In this document: positions 40,177 through 53,624 of the stretch, piece by piece | Numbering within the stretch: the first letter of the stretch is position 1 | How the letters are laid out: each line of letters opens with the position of its first letter | Origin: Paramecium tetraurelia | Taxonomy: Eukaryota | NCBI GenBank assembly: GCA_000165425.1 | Contig: CT868152.1 | Coordinates: forward strand, 372,001 to 436,000 | Direction of reading: 5' to 3' | DNA length: 64,000 bases | Program-made: the position numbers and the translations under genes | Notes under the pieces: generated by a model | Database searches by the model: none | Told to the model about the DNA's origin: nothing | What the model saw: the letters and a program-made list of their open reading frames with translations, nothing else

Positions 40177-42340
40177 ATGTTCTCGTTGTTGAGAAATATT
40201 AAGAGATTTATACGTTCCTACGATCATTTTGGGGTTTCCTTAAACTTCAACATTAGAAACAGGAAGCAATACCAGAGTGTTTGGGGAGGCATCATGTCAA
40301 TCGCCATGACCATAGTGCTTCTCTATATTTTTATAACTGGGTTGATCAGCCTATTATTAAGAGATAAATTTTAGGTAGTGATGTTGTTTATTTAGATCGA
40401 TGTGTAATAACTGCAGAATATGGATCCTGATTAATAGGAAATGAACATAACGAACTTTATGTTTGCCATTAAGCTTGATAATCCCTTCTCTCTTTATTAT
40501 CCAAATGAAAATAAAACACCGTTTTAAATTGTGATGAATTAAGTGCAAATATCCACATTAGCAGATGGATCGCGCAATAAAACAACGTTGCACCAGATAT
40601 TCTTTGAATAGTGTAGAGATACACATTTTAAGAATCTTAATTAAGAAGGCTTTTAGGAATTAAAGGCTGATTTAGGTTCTTATTTATGTCTCCCTCTCAA
40701 TTTTAGTTTGAAGCTAAAAGGCACATTTAATTCCAAGTTCTTCTTGTATCCTGCCTTAAAAGTGTCCATCTGCTATACAAAAGACTGTTATACTAAGGAG
40801 TAGATTGAGTATCTCGCTTAAAATAAATCTATTTTGGTCTCCTTATCCACACTAATTCAATCTTCTATTTACATGAGAAACAGCAAAGATAACTATCTTT
40901 TTAGGTATTTGAATTCAGATTTCTATCTCCAAACTAATCTTTTGGAAGAAAGCAAATCTGATATATTTTTTAAGAACAATAAAATCATCGCTGAAAACAG
41001 TCTATTGAGTTTATATAAGGAAGAGGAGAGGAAAGATTTTTGGTCCTTCCAATTATATAACTATCGAGAATTTAAGGTATCAACTTATTATCATTTAGGG
41101 GTATCATGCTTCTCCGAGCACTTTATTCTCATTGAATTTTAGAATAAGCCAAGATTATGAGTAACATAAAAAAACAGCAGAAACCATTGACTCCTTTTTG
41201 TCCTATTTTGGAGGTATATTAAAAATAATCTCAACCATCTTTGGCTTAGTTGCTCTATCATATAATGAAATGGGGTTAAAAATATCACTAGCAAATCATC
41301 TATATTAGTTCAATATCCCAAAGAGGAAAAATGGAAAGTTTGAGTTCTCGTATGATAAGTTATTAAGTGTGATCCAAAACCAGCTAAATAGAGTGAGTGA
41401 TCTATAATCAAAACTTAAACAACATACCAAAACCTTAGTGAGAACTAGTATGGTTATGAGGGTATGGAATAGTTAAAAATTCTAACATAATTCAATTTCA
41501 AATTAGTAATCATTGCAACGGGATTAGATAGAGACCCCATAGATTGATCAATTATAATTCTCAAAGTATGTGGAATAATTATAGGATTATAAAGGAAATT
41601 TCTTGCAAAGATTGATAACTGCTTTTAATTCCACAAGACATGATCTAAGATTAGGGATCAATTTTATTCTTTATTAATTATTGTGGTGCTCTTGTTGTGA
41701 GGAAGTTGAGATTACCAAGAAGATGCTTAGGGAATGTAAAACGGTTATTGATAAGGATCTTGATATTATTCACTTGTTGTAAAAGATTTAAGAGATAGAT
41801 AAATTAAAATCTATAATTTTGGAAAAGGATTAGATTAAAGTTTTCAGTTATACACCAAAACCTATTATTAACATCGATCCAACGTATCAGCATTAACCTC
41901 CGGAGGAAGCCAAAGGTATTGAATTATTCTAATAATTAAACCAATAGAGACAAAACAAAAAGATCAAAAAATATAATTATTCTTTAAATAAACCAAAGAG
42001 ATTAATGAAAATTTATGATTCTTATAGTAGATTGAAATAATAACACAACAATAAAAAAAACTAAAGGATTATTCAGCTTTTAGGTCCTACAATTGAAATG
42101 ATATTTTTAAAGTATTATGAAATCTAAAACATGGCCAAAGGAATGAATATTGAAACCACAGAAAACTTTGAGAATGGAAATCCTTAGGTTGAGTTCCAGG
42201 TGGAAGCACCCTTGCCAGAGAATTCTTAAAATAATACACACAGAGTGATTTAACCAAAATTAGATTCACAAATAATAAAATTTCATCAAATTACTCCAAA
42301 GAATTTGTTGGAAAAAGATGAACTTCTCCATTCAGATTGA
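40177..42340 (+). CDS. Two-TM membrane protein with large Cys-containing extracellular loop (ciliate family)
   Basis: YDHFGVSLNF...SVWGGIMSIAMTIVLLYIFITGLISLLL (TM1); YLCLP loop; IDSFLSYFGGILKIISTIFGLVALSYN (TM2); DLDIIHLLQKIQEIDKLK cytoplasmic motif. Confidence 0.85.
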
Positions 42341-42444
42341 AATTATATATTTATATTGTCAAATGTATATATCATTTGATTATCTTATTAGGGTTATGAT
42401 ATTTATATAATATTTTAATTACATACAAATTACTATACCGATTC

Positions 42445-44322
42445 ATGGCTAAAAAATCAGAATAAAGCATATGGTTAATAGGGGAAATTGTGAGTAAAAA
42501 TAAAGTAGATTTCAAAGCTTAGCTATTGACAAAAAATATGGAACATGACATGAGTGTGTCTCAGATTGAAGACAATGGAACTGATTATGTATTGAGATGT
42601 ATCAAGGGAATGTATAGAGGGATGTTTATATATCTGAATCTAGTAGAAAATGGAGAGACTATTGGAAGTGATGAAAGCTGTACTCTTTAAATGGAGGATT
42701 GTGGATTAGAGAAAACTCATGTGAAAATTAAATATAAATATAATGAAGAACAGAAGAAAAATGGATATCACTTGACTTGTTTTGGCCCAACTCTAATAAA
42801 AATTCGTTATGATTGTCCCGCTCTCATCAAAAATAATATGGAAATAACTATTGGAAAATAAATTTATATCATACAGACTGTGCAAGAAGGCTTTAATGAA
42901 ATATTAGAATGGCTTTCAATCTATGATCTCTAAGGATTGAAGCATTTTTTTTTCGGAAATAATATTCACAATCTAAAATAGCTAAAATAGAACAAGATAG
43001 ACCAATTAATCAGTTCGGTATAATCTTATAGTGCCACTCAAGATTAACTACTTAAATTAAGAGAGGCTTATAATCATATAGATGATTTCATACTTTAAAA
43101 TTATGATGCTTTCAAAATTAATTTATTGGACAAAAAGAAAAACATCATAGTCTTGCAATTTGGATGGTCTGGTGCAACAATTAGTTCGAAAACCCAAAGA
43201 TATTAGAAACCTCCTGATATTCTGCTTAAGAAATAAGAAATCGATGATTTAGAAGAAGACCCTGATTTTTAATTATAAATCAAATTCATCTAAGGAAAGT
43301 ATTGGATTTGGGGCTCAAAGACTGATACTTACAATACGTTCTATAAATAAAACAAAGAGGAAATCAGGGTGATTTAACCTGATGATGTGATCAAATTAAA
43401 TACTATTGAGTTAATAGTATAAAGATTTAATTACGGTTGTTTTTAAGATCCTGGAACAAAGAGAACTTAAGAAGATCGATATACCATTATATAGGATTTA
43501 CAAGTAAGCAGTAGAGTCCCAGTTTCATGTTATGCAATATTCGATGGTCATAATGGGAATACTTGTGCTAATTATATGTCTTAAAATCTAATGGATAATA
43601 TAAGAGAGGATTTTAATTAAGAATAGAAGGAATTTGATCATCAAAATAAATTCTTGGCTTTCCTTTATGAAAATATTAGATCTACTTTTAAAGAAACAGA
43701 CAATGATTTTTTAACTGAAGTTGTACAACCTAATGCTTCTATTGACTCAGGCTGTGTGGCTGTTGTCGTAATGATAATAGGTGATTACATAGTTAGTATA
43801 AATTGTGGTGATTCCAGAGCAATATTATCAAGATAAGGAGAGGCCATTAACTTAACAGAAGATCATAAACCAAATGTGCCTGCTGAATATGCTAGAATAA
43901 AAAAAAAAAGAGTTGAAGTAATTGGTGGAAGACTTGGAAATCTTGCTGTTTCCAGAGCTTTTGGAGATTTTGGCGAAAAAAAGAAATATCCAAAAAATAC
44001 AATCACTTCAAAACCTGATATCAGAGTGACTACCATTGATTATAAGACTGACGAATTTATATTATTATGTAGTGATGGCATTATTGATGGATTTGGAGAA
44101 ACATAGGAATCTGAATAGAATTTGCAATAAATATCACCAAGTCAAAGAGTAATTGATTTTGTTAGAGATATGTATAAAGAATAATAGATTGGATTATAAG
44201 ATCCTTAAGAAGCTGCATAATAAGTAGTATTAAGAGCATATTAATATAATGTCACTTATAGGAGATAATCAGATAATATGAGTTGTATTATCGTAAACCT
44301 CACTAGAGGAATCGTTTTTTGA
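42445..44322 (+). CDS. PP2C phosphatase with N-terminal FHA-like and SAM-like domains
   Basis: Intronless. Catalytic motifs RTQED, FDGHNG, NCGDSRA, DHKP, LAVSRAFGD, CSDG and SDN are all present. Confidence 0.9.
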
Positions 44323-44971
44323 ATTCTTAATAAATTTAATATTCATGAATTTTATATAATTTTAATAAAGAACTCAAGAATTCTAATTCTTAATATATAA
44401 TTTCTATTCTATCATTATTCTATGAATTTTTATATAAAAAATAGACAATATTCTGTCAAATAGAAGATATAAGTCTTATAAATAAACAAGATCAATTAAA
44501 TATATCAATAATAAAATATCTAATCCTAGAAATTAAATTAATTATTTTCATTAATTCACAAAAGGTTTATTTGTACCTTCTTGTATGTTATTATTTACTA
44601 CCTTCGAATGAGAAAGATAAATAGAAATTTAACAAATTTTATATACCATTTCAGTAAAATTTAATTAATTTGGGCTTAGAAAAAGCAAAATTATAAGATC
44701 ATTATAAAATTATCCTAAATTTATCTTTGAAAACATTTATCCTTAAAGCGTAACCATCATTTGAATATAAAGAGGATGTATTAAATTCATTGTTCTGAGA
44801 CAAAAGTAAAAAAAGGAATTTAAGGTTTTTGTTTAATAATTAATATACTATAAGGAAAATAATTTACTTCTATTCATTTAATATATTATATTTATATTTT
44901 ATTTAAGTATTGAGATGAATATCTACATAAGAGTTTACTTAATTTTTATAATTTTAATATATAAATTTTGA

Positions 44972-47900
44972 ATGAAAACCTCACTTCTTCAACTCGAGAG
45001 ATCTTATCTAGAAGCCATTACGGAATTTGGGGAACATTCTTAAAAAACCCAAGGAACACGTATCAGGCTTATTGAAATGCTTAACTAAACAGGCAGATAT
45101 CTACTTTTTCAAAAGCTTAGCGGGGAGAAGTATCTCTAAAGAGCTATAGAATTAACCAAATTGCTAAATATGGAAGAACAACTTATGGTTAAATATTAAA
45201 CATATATGTATTATGCTGAGTACCTTGAAAGCAAAAAGAATTATAGTATGGCGTATAATTTATTGGTACAGTTAATTCCTTTAGCAATGACAAATGAAAG
45301 GAATATTATAATGATATAAATTCAAATTCTTAATCATATAATTGAAAATGGAAGAGTGTGTAAAAAAAATAATATTACACAATTAAATGAATAATTGTTA
45401 AATTTAATGGAGTAGATTGGACTTAGTTTTTATTTGTATAAAGAATTTCCAAATAAGTTTCAAATAATTTTATTATAAGCATTATCATTCTAAGCAAAAA
45501 TATACTAGAAATAAAATAAGGATAAAGAGGCAACATAACTCTTTTTTTAGTCTTTTCATCTTTCTGAAGAATTGCTGGGATTTAATGATAAGAGAACATA
45601 AGAATATAAAAAGTAATATGAGTTATTGAGCGATAAAATATCAGTAAATTTAGAAATTTAGAGTCAAGAAGAAGAAGAGGAGGATAAAATATAGAAAATT
45701 CAAAATTCTCAGAAAGAAGAAAAGAATATTTTATCTTTTAGGGGCAAAAATACTTATATAAATAATTATATTATAAATGTAGATTCTGCCAGGGCACCAA
45801 AATTAGCCAAAAAGATAGATAAGACTAAAATTGAGAAACCTATTATTAGTTAAAGAGCTCCACCTAAGTTTAATGAATAGTAAATACAATAGTTATTTAT
45901 CTTAAAAAACCAAATTAAAAGACCATTGAGTTCGTAAGGAACTTCTAAAATGACAAGTCCAACTAGATGTTATTCAATATTTTCAAAGAACAATATGGAC
46001 AAAATATAAAATAGAACTCCCTCTGTAGAATAAAGCTTAATAAAATAACTGGAGACTGCCTAACCTAAAGATAGATTTAATGATCTCATACTTAATAGAC
46101 CTCAATATGAAGAAGTGAGGAAATATGAAATTGTCAAAGCTATATAATAAAGAAAAAGCAAATAAATAGCCTCCAATTATGTAATTTAGTTTATCCCTCC
46201 GTCTCAATCATCAAGGCCATAAATTAGAGAACCCTCCAATACTAATATTCTGTATAAAGTAGATAGCAGGAAACTTTCAAGTAATCCAAGCAATTCTAAT
46301 ATTGAAAGATTTTCTCAAAGGAAAATTCCAACAAATGACATACAACCCACTCAAAGTAATATTAGATTGGGTAGTAGAATCAATTTGACAAACGAAATGG
46401 ATGATGAAAACATTAAGTAATAGGAGGATGACCAAATTCATTCATTTGAAGAAGATCCTAAGAAAGTGATAACACATTCAGATCCAATAATAGCAAAATT
46501 TCTAGAGAAACATCCAATTGAGGTTTTGTTAGAAGCTGTTGATAGAATCAAGGTCAAAATGAAACACCATATCTATTATTCTAGAATGAGAAGAAACGAC
46601 ATCGAATTGAAACAAAATGAAATCTAGCCTATCAAATTACATCCACATACTAAACACTTTACAAGATCAAATACTTATGGACTTGAAATTATTGGTATTG
46701 TTGAAAAAAAAATATTAGAAAATGAAGCTAGCAAAGTTATAAATAAATTAATATCTCCAGCAAATTAATTGGACTGGTCTCCTATTCATTTTTATAATAA
46801 GCTATTTACAGATAATGAAACATCGAAATGGGTATTGTAGAATCCTAAAATTACAGTCTAAATCCTATAAAAGTCATAGGATAGATAATAATACCAATAA
46901 CTCAGTGTAGATTTATTTTATGCAATAATATAAAATTAAAAAAAGTCTACAACAATTTAATTGATAGCCTCGATAGAACTATCAAATCACATTAGAAAGT
47001 TTTAAGTCAGATTCATAATTGATTCTTTAGCTGAGCATTACAAAGAGATTTCTAGTTATGAAGACATGATGGATCTTTTTAATTAATTAACTAAAATTTA
47101 TTTCATTTAAGAAAATTTGTTAAATGAGTGGAAAGAAGAAAATCGATAATATACATTATATGTAGTAAAATAAAAGTAGATTCAAGATTCAACAATTAAA
47201 AACTTCTCTGAAAACCACAATGAATCGTAAAAAATAGACTATTATTAGGATTTACTCTAAAAAATTCTATTTTATGTAAGGAGAAAGAGTTATGTTAAGA
47301 CAATTAATGGATTTAAGTTTAAATCAGAAACTTAAGAACTTTAAGAATCGATTAAAATATATAATAATGAGATATACCAATAAAAAAATTAGAGAATTAA
47401 ATCTTACTTCTAATACAGAGATCTCAATATGACTTGCAAGGTTCAAGAATCAACAAAGTAATTAGCAATAAGTTACAGAAAATAAATGTAGGACAAACAT
47501 ATCATTATTCATGAAGATACCTAATATAGCCTTCTAAATGATAGTGATGCATAATAAGTGTATTAGAGAGGATATGATTTTTAATAACAATCTAGAATAA
47601 ATAATAACTTGGTTAGAGATAATGAAAAATTATCAAAATAGAATTCTAGCGATACACCTTATTCTAAATTTAGGCTATAATCGATAAAATAAAATGGTGG
47701 AATATCTTAATAATAGTTTGAAAACTAAGCAGAATTGAATGAAATATTTTCACTTGAAACTTAAGATTATCTTTAAAGATATTTTACTGAGTTCAAATTA
47801 AATGTCCCTCCAATTAATTATTATCCAACATCAAGTAATTTATCATAAAAATCATTAATCTAATCTCATTATTACTTTAAAAAAGAGTATCTTAGTGTAA

Positions 47901-50401
47901 AATGTAAAAAATTGAGTTACAAGCCCATACATTCTGACAATTATTTAATTTAAACTTAAATTGTAAAACTTGATAAATAATTCTACTACTTGACTCTAAC
48001 TAATAAATTAAAATTAGAATAAATTTTATGTAAAGATAAATGGGAAGATGAATTAGACATTTAACTAAAAGAATTGATCAATTATTCAATTGGCAGAACT
48101 GGATACATTATTGATATTATTAAATTACAAGAGAAATTGTAATAAAAATTGGAAATCGTTAATTGTAAGATTTAACTAAATTAAGAAGAGTCAGATGATC
48201 TATTGATCAAGAAGAACCTAAAGTTATTTAGATAAAATAAGAAACTATACTATGTTAAAGAAGCTATCTAATTTATAGAGGACGGATTAAAAGAAATTTC
48301 TCAAGATAGTGTAAATATAGAAGATGAATGTATAGATCATATGCCTTTATAAAAAAGAGATCCAGTAATAGATATCATCTTCTTGATTGGAGTTATGTAA
48401 AATAATTCATATGTGAAATATGATGCTCATTTGAAAAATTGCGAATTACTTAAGCATATAGATGGAAAATTAATGTTTGCAGAACCAGATCAACCCAGAA
48501 AACCAAAATTTCCAATAAGATTGATATTATCACATGAAGACATGAACAAACATATCGCTAGAATGAATGAGAATACAATAAGTAGTAAAGATATATTACT
48601 ATTTCCTCATTTTAATTCTCTATTTTTATTTAAATAGACATAATTTAATTACAAAACCATAAAGATGAAATTAGAAATCTCATCAGATTTTAATAAATTA
48701 CATAAAGATATTAGAAACAACTCAGCAAAAGCCCGACTATTTATTTATAAAAACAATAATAATAAACATGTGATCTATTTAAATTCTTAACAAACAGAGA
48801 GGTGGATTCATGCTTTTTAGATTGATGGAAGAATACAAGATATTCTATTTAGCTATAAAACAATGATGAAGAAAACGTTAACCGGAAGGAAGTTATAAAA
48901 AAATGAAAATAGATAATCAATATCTAAGGATATTAGATTCTTACTTATATAGGATAAATTGGTTAGTACTAAATAATATTTTATTCAAAGTAAAATTTCA
49001 GATTTGGGATAAGTATTTGTAACTGGAATTGTATTTTAAGATTTGCTATTAGTTAAAGTTATGCCAATTGGATATAAAACTAAGGTTCACATTTTTCTTT
49101 ACGCAATCTTGGATAGTGATGTCATTAAATTATTGAAATAATTGTGTAAGAATTTCATTTTGAAATCAACCTATACATATTCGAAATTATATTTAGTACC
49201 TATTACCCAAAACCTAATTCGTAAAAAATACCTATTGGGAAACTAATTTGGTGATAATCACTTTTTAATTGGATAGAAATCTTACTCAAGAGTGATTTAT
49301 AAATAGGTTAAGAAAATAGATAAAAATTATTTTATTATAACAGTAACATTATTGAAGAATTATTTTCAGATATACTTTTACAATTAGGGCAATTGTAGAA
49401 AATTTTATTACACAATCCATAGATCAGATTTTTTAATAATGAATTAGTACTTTTTGGATTCAATTTTTCCAGAGTAACCTAAAGAAGTAATGGAATAGTT
49501 GTTTAGGAATTGGAGATTCAAAGAAATTTCAAAGATTCATTCTCTAATCATAAAAGCACCTGAAACATTTAAAAATAGAACTGAATAGTATATAAAAACA
49601 ATAAAGGATACTAAAAAATATTTCAAAAGATCTGCTACTTCAAGTATGTAAAGCGTTAATAATTTAATGAGATCATCTACTTTGTAGTTGAATAATATGT
49701 AAGAGAATTCATTTGAAGAAAGCCTTAATAAGGGTTGTTGGTTATTTGATACAGTGTTACTACGTAATTAAGAGAGCATATTTGAGAAAAAGATATGGTT
49801 GGAGATCTTAAAATAGATGAGTATCAATAACAATTAAATCACTGTCGACACTTTCAAAACAACTTTGAATGAATTAGTGTATTCAAATGATAGACTCTGC
49901 AACTTTTTATGTTACATTCCATGCCAAGAAATTTAGCAATCATTTCGTTGGCAACCGATTAGGTTAAGAATCTATGAGTATGATACTTGTAAAGGTGTAG
50001 ATATCCCTTTGAGAATAAGAGGAAAGCAAGTCTAAATCTATAAATAATGCAATGTAATTTTAGAGAATTATTTACATTCTAAAATTTTGCCAGGCAATCA
50101 AGAAATTATGAAAGTCAATAAAAATAATGATAATCAATTAATAAAATATCAATTACTTTACAAGGGTGCATTTATGAAGCATAAGATGTTATTCATGGCT
50201 ATATATTTCACTAATGATATGTTTCATGTTTGTATTTAGAGTCGCGTATCTCAAATAATTCGAAAGTTGGACATCATTTAGGTTGAATTGAAGATCCCTC
50301 ACATTAGGTAGCTTTTGACTTTGAATCCTTATGAAGCAGGAAGAAGAATTAGTCTAATCTATAGAAATAATTTCATCAATGCTTCATTCTTGAATTTGTG
50401 A
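44972..50401 (+). CDS. Very large hypothetical protein (~1800 aa) with TPR-like N-terminus
   Basis: Long open ciliate-code frame from MKTSLLQLERSYLEAITEFGE to NASFLNL-TGA, with helical repeats in the first ~230 aa. Not every codon was checked for introns. Confidence 0.75.
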
Positions 50402-50419
50402 TTTAATTAATTAATTTAT

Positions 50420-50896
50420 ATGTCTGTATATAGTGGTTTTAGTACTCGTGCACTCGAAAGTGAATACAACCAATGCCTCCTCCAATTGATTACAATCTTG
50501 GCTAAGAGATGTGCTCAGGCCCTCTCTGTTCAATAATTGCAGGACGACACGAAATTCGCAGGAAACTTCGGAAAGTTATATGGTCAGATCAAGAAATTGG
50601 AAGAATATAAATATGCACCTCCAAAATATTCAGTCGCATTAAAAGAACTAAGTGAATAGATAGGGATCATACAGTTCAAATAAACTCTAGTTCCCTAAAT
50701 ATGCAAAAGAAAATTCACAATATAAAGTGCGAATCATTAATAAGTGAATTTACAAAATGTTACACCATCCAAAAGACAAACAAAAACAAGTTATCTCAGG
50801 TCCAATAGGTTAAAAACAGAGGATTCCGCATATAATAGAGCCATAGAGAAGAGTTTGAGGTATAGAGAGTTAGAGTTTTTATGTTAATTTGATTGA
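50420..50896 (+). CDS. Hypothetical protein (MSVYSGFSTR...)
   Basis: MSVYSGFSTRALESEYNQCLLQLITILAKRC...LEFLCQFD-TGA, intronless. Confidence 0.75.
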
Positions 50897-50922
50897 CTTT
50901 AATTAATATTAATATAAATATC

Positions 50923-51237
50923 ATGGAAGTCAAATATCGTCCACCACTTAATGATGTGTAATATTAATATCCTAACAACTTAGAAATGAATGCAATTGGT
51001 TGGAGAAAAACTTTGTCTCTTGCCTCAAAGAAAAGAGTGTGAAAGATGACCTTCCAAAAAGAGTATGCAAAGTGGAAAATGTATGAATTAAATTTATTTA
51101 AGATTCTTTGGTTCTTTTTGGAATGTCCAGAAAGATCATCACCTTATGAGAATGCTGAATCACTAAGAAAGATTTATATCAAACAAAAATTGGCTGATCT
51201 CAATCCGACAGTTCCTGAACCAAGAAAAAGAAAATGA
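50923..51237 (+). CDS. Small CX9C/CHCH-like protein, possible mitochondrial intermembrane-space or respiratory subunit
   Basis: After removing two introns: MEVKYRPPLNDVNECNWLEKNFVSCLKEKSVKDDLPKRVCKVENILWFFLECPERSSPYENAESLRKIYIKQKLADLNPTVPEPRKRK. Confidence 0.7.
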
Positions 51238-51329
51238 AATGCATTATCATTATAATAAATATAATAATAAAAATTATTCTAAAGCAATCTATTAAAATCA
51301 TAAAACTTTAGATTGTATTCATATTAAAA

Positions 51330-52400
51330 TTCTAAAAATATTCCACCGTCTTTGTCACTATTAAATACCTTTAGAGTTTGAATTCACAGCTTTTCTTTAT
51401 TATCTGACTTAATTGAACCAATTATTATTGAGATAAAGTTAAGTGGGTACACAAGCCAATATTGATTACTTAAATTTTGTTTTTCGTTTTACTACTCTTA
51501 AGTTTTTAATTTTTTGATTAAAGCAATTTTAAGTTTGTTATTTAAAATTCATTATCATTATAAGCTTGTTCGGCACTTAATCTTTTCTAATGACTTTGAT
51601 TTAAGATATTTTAATTAGTTTTGATATCCTTACTAATGTAAGACCAATCTTCAGGCTTATATTTTAAGCATGCTGCTATTACTCTTTTAGAATATCTGCA
51701 ATGTGAATAAGAAATGATTTAGCTGTATTAAATATCAGATTTTTCTTATTATTAAAAAACTTTCCAAGCTATATGAAATTTATCAACCTTTTCATAATTC
51801 TTTACCTGATTCTATGAGATATATCAAAATCTTTTGATTTTTAGATGAATCTGATATTTTTAATAAAGAAATTTATTTCAAACTCACTACCCATTTTTTA
51901 ATTCTAAGATTTAAAATAATACTTTTTAATCTAGTAGTTTTCAATATCATGGAAAATCATATTATTTTATATTATTCTTATAGTATTATGCTTTTTAAAG
52001 TTTCTTCATTTCTATTTAACCTTCCATATTATTTTCTTTTTTCTTCCCGAAACCTTAGAAATTATAAGTGCTTTTTCAATTCATTAGTTAACTTTTATTT
52101 TGCTCTTTTCGAATTTAATCTCATAATATTAGATATTAAGCCAATAATTATTTCAGTATTACATTTTGTTAGTTTCTAAGTTGTATTTTTCCAACAATTA
52201 TTCTAACTCTCTTGATATTTAATTGAAACCTACTTTTTTTTCTCAGAAAATATTATGCTAATCTTAAAATAAAATTCGAGCTTTTGCAGATGTACAGTAT
52301 TTATTTGATGATTCTTCTTGAGGATTCCTGTTCAATATTTATGATCTCATAAATTAAGTTTTAATAATCAAAGTAAAGTATAATTTATTCTGCAAGAAAA
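51330..52400 (-). pseudogene. Heavily decayed CDPK/CAMK-type kinase remnant
   Basis: KRVIAACLKYKPEDWSYISKD...KRLSAEQAYND matches the kinase C-lobe end, followed by an EF-hand-like FNSDKDGG fragment in another frame. No intact catalytic motifs. Confidence 0.55.
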
Positions 52401-52998
52401 TCAATAAGTATTATTTTTAAATAAGGTCTCTCTCTATATATATTCGATATATTACGTTCTTTAATGTATTAGATTAATGCATTTAAAATTCATTATTGGT
52501 TAAATTAATTCAAATTGAATTGGGACTATATATTTGTTATTTTTATTATTATTATTATTATTTTTACTTTTTATTATGAATTTTAAGATGTTTTAAAACA
52601 ACAAATGATAACTTAGAACTATCAATTATAATTTTACTTTCAAAGATCATTTTAATTTAACTTAATATAAGACGTTTAAGCTTTAATTTATTCAATCTAT
52701 CAAATCTTTCTCTTTCTTAATTGATATAGTTTGATTTCTTGAGATAATTGTATTTAATGAGTTAAAGTCATATTAATTTAAGAAACTTAAACTATAAACC
52801 TAAAGTTTGCATTTACAACCTTCTAAATCTATCGTATCAGAAAATATTGATGTAATTGAAAATAATATAAATTATTTTGCATTTGAATGGATTATAATCA
52901 ATAATAATTATATTAATATATTGTTCTAGAGTTTAATCTAATTCACATTTCTTAAAATATAATAAAATTTATGATTAATCAAATATCTCATAATTCTT

Positions 52999-53624
52999 AT
53001 GAATAATATAAGAGCGAATTAACTTCAACAAAAAGAAGCCTTTCTTAAACCAAAATTATATAAGATGCATCAGTCTAAGTTGAATTTTCAAACGCATAAC
53101 TAATGAAAATTATAGATGATATTGATAAAATTCATCAATAAGAGAAAAAAGCATTACTTGAGCAAATTAATTATTTAGAAAAAAAACTACAATAAACAAA
53201 GGTCAAACAATTGATTTAATGTATAAATGAAGTTAAGAACATATACTTGAACTAAATTGAAATAAATAAACCAATTCGTATGGCCTTGGATTCTCTAGAG
53301 TAACTGATTAATGAAAAGAAACATTATGAAGTATCAGATCTTAAATACCGCCTCCATCAAGCGGAGAAAGTTTTAAAGTTACCTACAGCTGAATTTAAAA
53401 CATACCCTGTAGATAAACTTGTAAATTCTATAAAGAAGTGTCAATAATTTGAATCTGAAAAGATAAGCTTAGGAAATATTTTGGAAGAATTAAATTAAGC
53501 CGATGATCAATGGAACTAAATTTAAAAGGATCTATATGACGAAAGCAGCACTTTGTTTAATTCATTATAAACAACTACCTAAAATATTTTTTATGAACTC
53601 TCTTTGCTAGATTGCAATAAATGA
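52999..53624 (+). CDS. Hypothetical coiled-coil protein
   Basis: MNNIRANQLQQKEAFLKPKL start; ends ELSLLDCNK-TGA. The length implies an intron or frame change that I did not place exactly. Confidence 0.6.
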
